Source: Phaeosaccion multiseriatum
Lineage: Eukaryota > Protista > Ochrophyta, other classes
Assembly: GCA_965112735.1 (NCBI GenBank)
Contig: OZ218950.1
Span: forward strand, 5,642,001-5,706,000
Direction: 5' to 3'
Length of the DNA stretch: 64,000 bases
The translations under genes were made by a program, and so were the position numbers. Shown here one piece after another: positions 60,380 through 64,000 of this stretch (its first letter is position 1; each line of letters starts with the position of its first letter). The notes under the pieces were generated by a model. That model ran no database searches, had not been told where the DNA came from, and saw only the letters and a list, made by a program, of their open reading frames with translations.

Positions 60380-61813
60380 TTAGGCAGCGGAGCCCGGCTG
60401 TGGCCCTTCCTCGTTGTGCCTCTTGAGCCCTTTGTGCAAGGCGCCGAGGTTGTCCTGAGCAGCCTTGAGGTGCGCCCCGGCCACCTCCGAGATGATGCGC
60501 GAGTCTCGCGGCTCCTTTAGCCCGAGGGCTTCCCTGGCGTCTGCCATGAGGAAGACAGACCCACACACCACCACCACCTCGTCTGACGACGGCGCCTCTG
60601 CCCCGCCCTCGGACTGAGTGGAAGCAGCAGAAGGAGCAGAGGCGGCTGCTGCGGCGGCGGCTTGCAAGGCATCCCGTACTCCGTCGCCCACTTGGGCCAC
60701 CTGTGCGCCTATGGGTTGACCCTCTGCGGCATCTCCTCCTCGTGCCAGAGAGTCCAAGGCTGCTCGTAGTACGTGTGAAGGGGTCGCACGGGGGTGCGAT
60801 GCTTGTATGAAGTGAGCTTTGCTCGCGTCTCCGCCCACCAGATCAAGAATCAGCGCTAGACACTCCCCAAGGTCCTTATCGTGGGAGAAACCTGCCACTA
60901 CACGTATTGGTCGTCCTGGGAAAGTCGCATCCAGCTGTGAGAAGAAAGGGGGTGAGGCAGAACTAGTGAGCGAGATTTAATGATTTCAGTGAGCCTCCCA
61001 CACTCAAGTCTCAGAGTTGCTACTTCACCCCCTCTGCCCTCCAAAAGCCAAGCACAAATGACATCTACTTCCGTAAGGAGCAAAGCATAGTTTGGTAGTA
61101 GATAGAAAAAAAGTTCAGGGAAGGTTGGAAATTGACCTTTTTTCTCAATTGTCTGAGCGCAGAGGGGTTGTGTGCCACGTCGAGCACCACAGTCACAACG
61201 GTGGGAGGCCCTTCTTGCTGCGCGGTGGCGGTAGCTGAGTCCGCGTGTGAGAGCACAGCCGCTTGCGCTTCAGCTTGTGCGGCACGCACAGGGATGGGCA
61301 GAATCTCGAATCGACAAGGTGGGCGGTGACTCACGCCCTCTGTGATGCAAGACTGCCCGAGAGGGGGGGAAGACAGGCAGGCAGCAGGGCAAAGATGACG
61401 GTCCCGTCGTCAGGATCAAGCTTGTTGCTGCCACTCTCGCTGGTGATCAAGACTCTGTATGGCTCAGCTCGACATGTGGCGCTTCCGCTGTGATCAAGCC
61501 CTGCCCGCCGAATACCCAACACGGACACCACCGAACACCTTTGATACTCGCGAGCTCCTGCCCCGCCCCAGGTTTCTCTCAGCCTCCTTATCCTCTCTTG
61601 CACCACCGTGAGCATGCTATCACCTCCCTCCATCCGCTGCCATCCTGTACACTACCTGAGGGATGCTGAGATGTCGCCCCTCGGCATACAGCTTCACGGC
61701 CGCCTCTGCCAGCAAGCTGTTCTCCTCGTCAAAGTCCGCGGGCTCGGGTGTAGAGGGGAGCACATCCCTCACACGAAACAGCGGAGACCCTACGGCGGCG
61801 GCCACCTCCTGTT

Positions 61814-61864
<51 letters not shown>

Positions 61865-63000
61865 GAGACGGGGGGGCGGGGGAGAAGAGAGAGGGTCAGT
61901 CGGGGGACGGAAAGGAAGCTACGTTACCCTGTATCTAGTACACAAGGTGGAGGGCATGCAAGGGGGTCATTGGATGGGCTAACTTCCCTTTCCCACAGGT
62001 CCCCAGTCCCCCATCTCCATCTCACTGACCTCCATGACGTGGTGCGGGCACTTGTCTCCGACGAGGCACGGCACACCCTTCTTAATAATGCCTGCCTTCT
62101 GCCGAGCAATGAGCTCTATCGTGTGCCCCAGGATGTGTGTGTGCTCAAGCCTGTTGGTTTGGGAGTTGATTGTTGATTGACACAAGGGCGGTGGTGCTCT
62201 CAGGGTTTCGCTCTTGCTTCCGGCTCCATCTTCCGCCTTAACGGCGACACAAACAAGAAGATGGACGGAAGGCTCACTCACCCAATGGTGGTGATGACCG
62301 AGAGTGATGGCGTACAGATGTTGGTCGAATCTGTCTTTCCCCCGAGACCCGTCTCCAGCACCACCGTATCTGCTCTGCTGTCGGCGAAGAATACCATCGA
62401 CAGGAGCGTTGTGAGTTCAAAGAACGTGGCAGGGATTTTCTCCCTCTCCATGACGTCAAGTACCTGAGCAACAGGGAAAAAGAGGGGGGGTGCACCAGCT
62501 GGCTGAGGTCGGCGGTCGACATGCCCACGCCCATGTCTTCTTCTCTCCCTTCTCACGGCACTTACGTGCGGCAGGAGTCGGTTGACCTTCTCCTCCGAGA
62601 TCATGTTCCCGTCCACCTGCATTCTCTCCCGGAAGCATGCAATGTGAGGCGACACGAAGAGGCCCGTCTTGAGGCCGGCCAGCTGCAGCGTCTTGGACAC
62701 CTTGAAGGCCACAGAGCCCTGCGGAAGGACCGAAACACATTGGCACTTTAGCGAGGCAGCAGAAGGCAGGCAGTAGTACCCACCAGGAGAGAGAAGACGG
62801 ACCGCATGCGTGGTCAGCAGCCCATCTCCAAAATCATGTCGCACCTTTCCATTGGTGCCGGCCACATGCACCACCTTGAATGCGTCGAGTGGTCTCCCGA
62901 GCGCTTCATGGAGCGCGATGGTGTTCGTGAGGCCGAGCTTGGCTGGGTGGTGGAGGTTGATTTGGTAGAGCCTGCGCACGAGCTTCTCATAGCGACTCAT
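60380..63000 (-). CDS. folC: Folylpolyglutamate/dihydrofolate synthase (FolC family), ~7 exons
   Basis: VHVAGTNGK|GS; GLFVSPHIACFRERM; TFFELTT; VLETGLGGKTDSTN; ITTIG|LEHTHILG..IARQKAGIIK; PPCRFE; LDVAHNP; VVCGSVFL. Confidence 0.95.
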
Positions 63001-63273
63001 GGCCTCCCCAGGGAAATGACACTACCTCCCTGAAGCCCACCCCATCCCTCTGTCACAGCTCCTGCCGTCGCAGCCCCAACACAGCAACAGCAGAGGAGCC
63101 CAGAGAGATGCAGCTGAGGATCGAGGGACCATGGAAGAGAGGGGAGAAGGGAGATGCCAAGCAAGTGGACGTGTTCGAATCCAATCAGCCCCTTCTTTCA
63201 AAAATCACTTGCGATGTGTGGGAAAAGAGAGAGGCGGCAACCAGCGTGGAGCAGCGTTCGGGCGCATGGGATA

Positions 63274-64000
63274 ATGAAGCGCCCACGGCCGAAGTCTTGG
63301 CGGCGTCCTGGGCTTCTCGCGGTCGTCAGCAGCCTTCTGCTGCAGGGCCGACTTGAACGGCAGCTTTTTGTGTTTGGCGACTCACGCCCAGCAGATGGAG
63401 GGAGAGAGGGGGGAGCGGGTGGGGGCGGCAGTAGGAGGAATTCGGCGAAGCTCTCACACATTATAGCGCGCAGTACGTGGGTTCATCCTTCGGATCGAGA
63501 TGCGGGGAAGCGAGAGGACCAGTGCAGGGCGGAAGAGATGATTCGGGTAAGAAACGTCGTTGTGCCAATGCCCCACCCGGCCTCTCCCATTCTGAATCCC
63601 ATGCCCTTCCTTCTTCTGCTGTGTATTCCCTCTTGTCTTGGCTCTCAGCCCATGTAACCCCCGACGCCAACCCCGCTCCTCTCTCTTCCTCCCTTTCTTG
63701 CGCCTGCAGTTGGCCAAGAGGGATGCCGCTCTTGCAGCTGTGTCTCTGGAGCACCTTTCGTGTCCAGAGAAGTCCATCGTCAAGGGGTCGCGGCATCAGC
63801 TCCGGCCTCCGAAGCGTTCTCTATCGGGAGAAAGGCTCCCTGGAGAAGGGACAGGCTCGAGTGGGGGGCGGAGAAAGGAGAATGGAATGCTCTTCCTCAA
63901 CTGCGAAGTGAATGGGAAGCAAATGAAGGCGTTTGTGGACACCGGGGCTCAAGTCACGGTAATGTCGCAAAAGTGTGCCGAAGAAGCTGGTCTGATGCAC
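63274..64000 (+). CDS. Ddi1-like (retroviral-type) aspartic protease, partial (exons ~63274-63546, 63710->64000)
   Basis: [38 protein letters not shown] at 63887-64000, in frame with the acceptor at 63709 and the donor after EEMIR. Start could be 63154, 63214 or 63274. Confidence 0.8.

Noticed and set aside
62278-63000. FolC ORF reading through with apparent insertions
   Set aside because: The inserts have GT...AG ends and split conserved motifs (GTNGK|GS), so they are ordinary introns.

Overview
Gene-dense eukaryotic nuclear DNA with GT-AG introns packed with microsatellites. Gene content and style suggest a stramenopile alga (inference only). About 17 protein-coding genes can be assembled by hand: a PPR protein with a degenerate SMR-like C-terminus, YJU2/CCDC94, a ubiquitin-like plus transmembrane protein, thiamine pyrophosphokinase, two coiled-coil hypotheticals, a ~17 kb gene with seven calcyphosin-like EF-hand modules, a hybrid histidine kinase, NFU1, a PDI-C/ERGIC thioredoxin protein, a PH-domain protein, BolA3-like, DAP3/mS29, a PX+UBA protein, FolC, a Ddi1-like aspartic protease and a partial ORF at the left edge. 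Most genes sit in tight head-to-head pairs. A foldback (MITE-like) element lies at 0.75-1.15 kb. Two signals stand out. (1) The histidine kinase N-terminus, split over three small exons and mostly missing from the ORF track, aligns by eye with the ethylene-binding domain of ETR1-type receptors but has rearranged metal ligands. (2) An exact 18-mer, AGCAGTTGGTGATACAGC (a 9-nt interruption of CAG tracts), occurs 8 times on both strands and in three reading frames. Exon boundaries were placed manually and no database searches were run.
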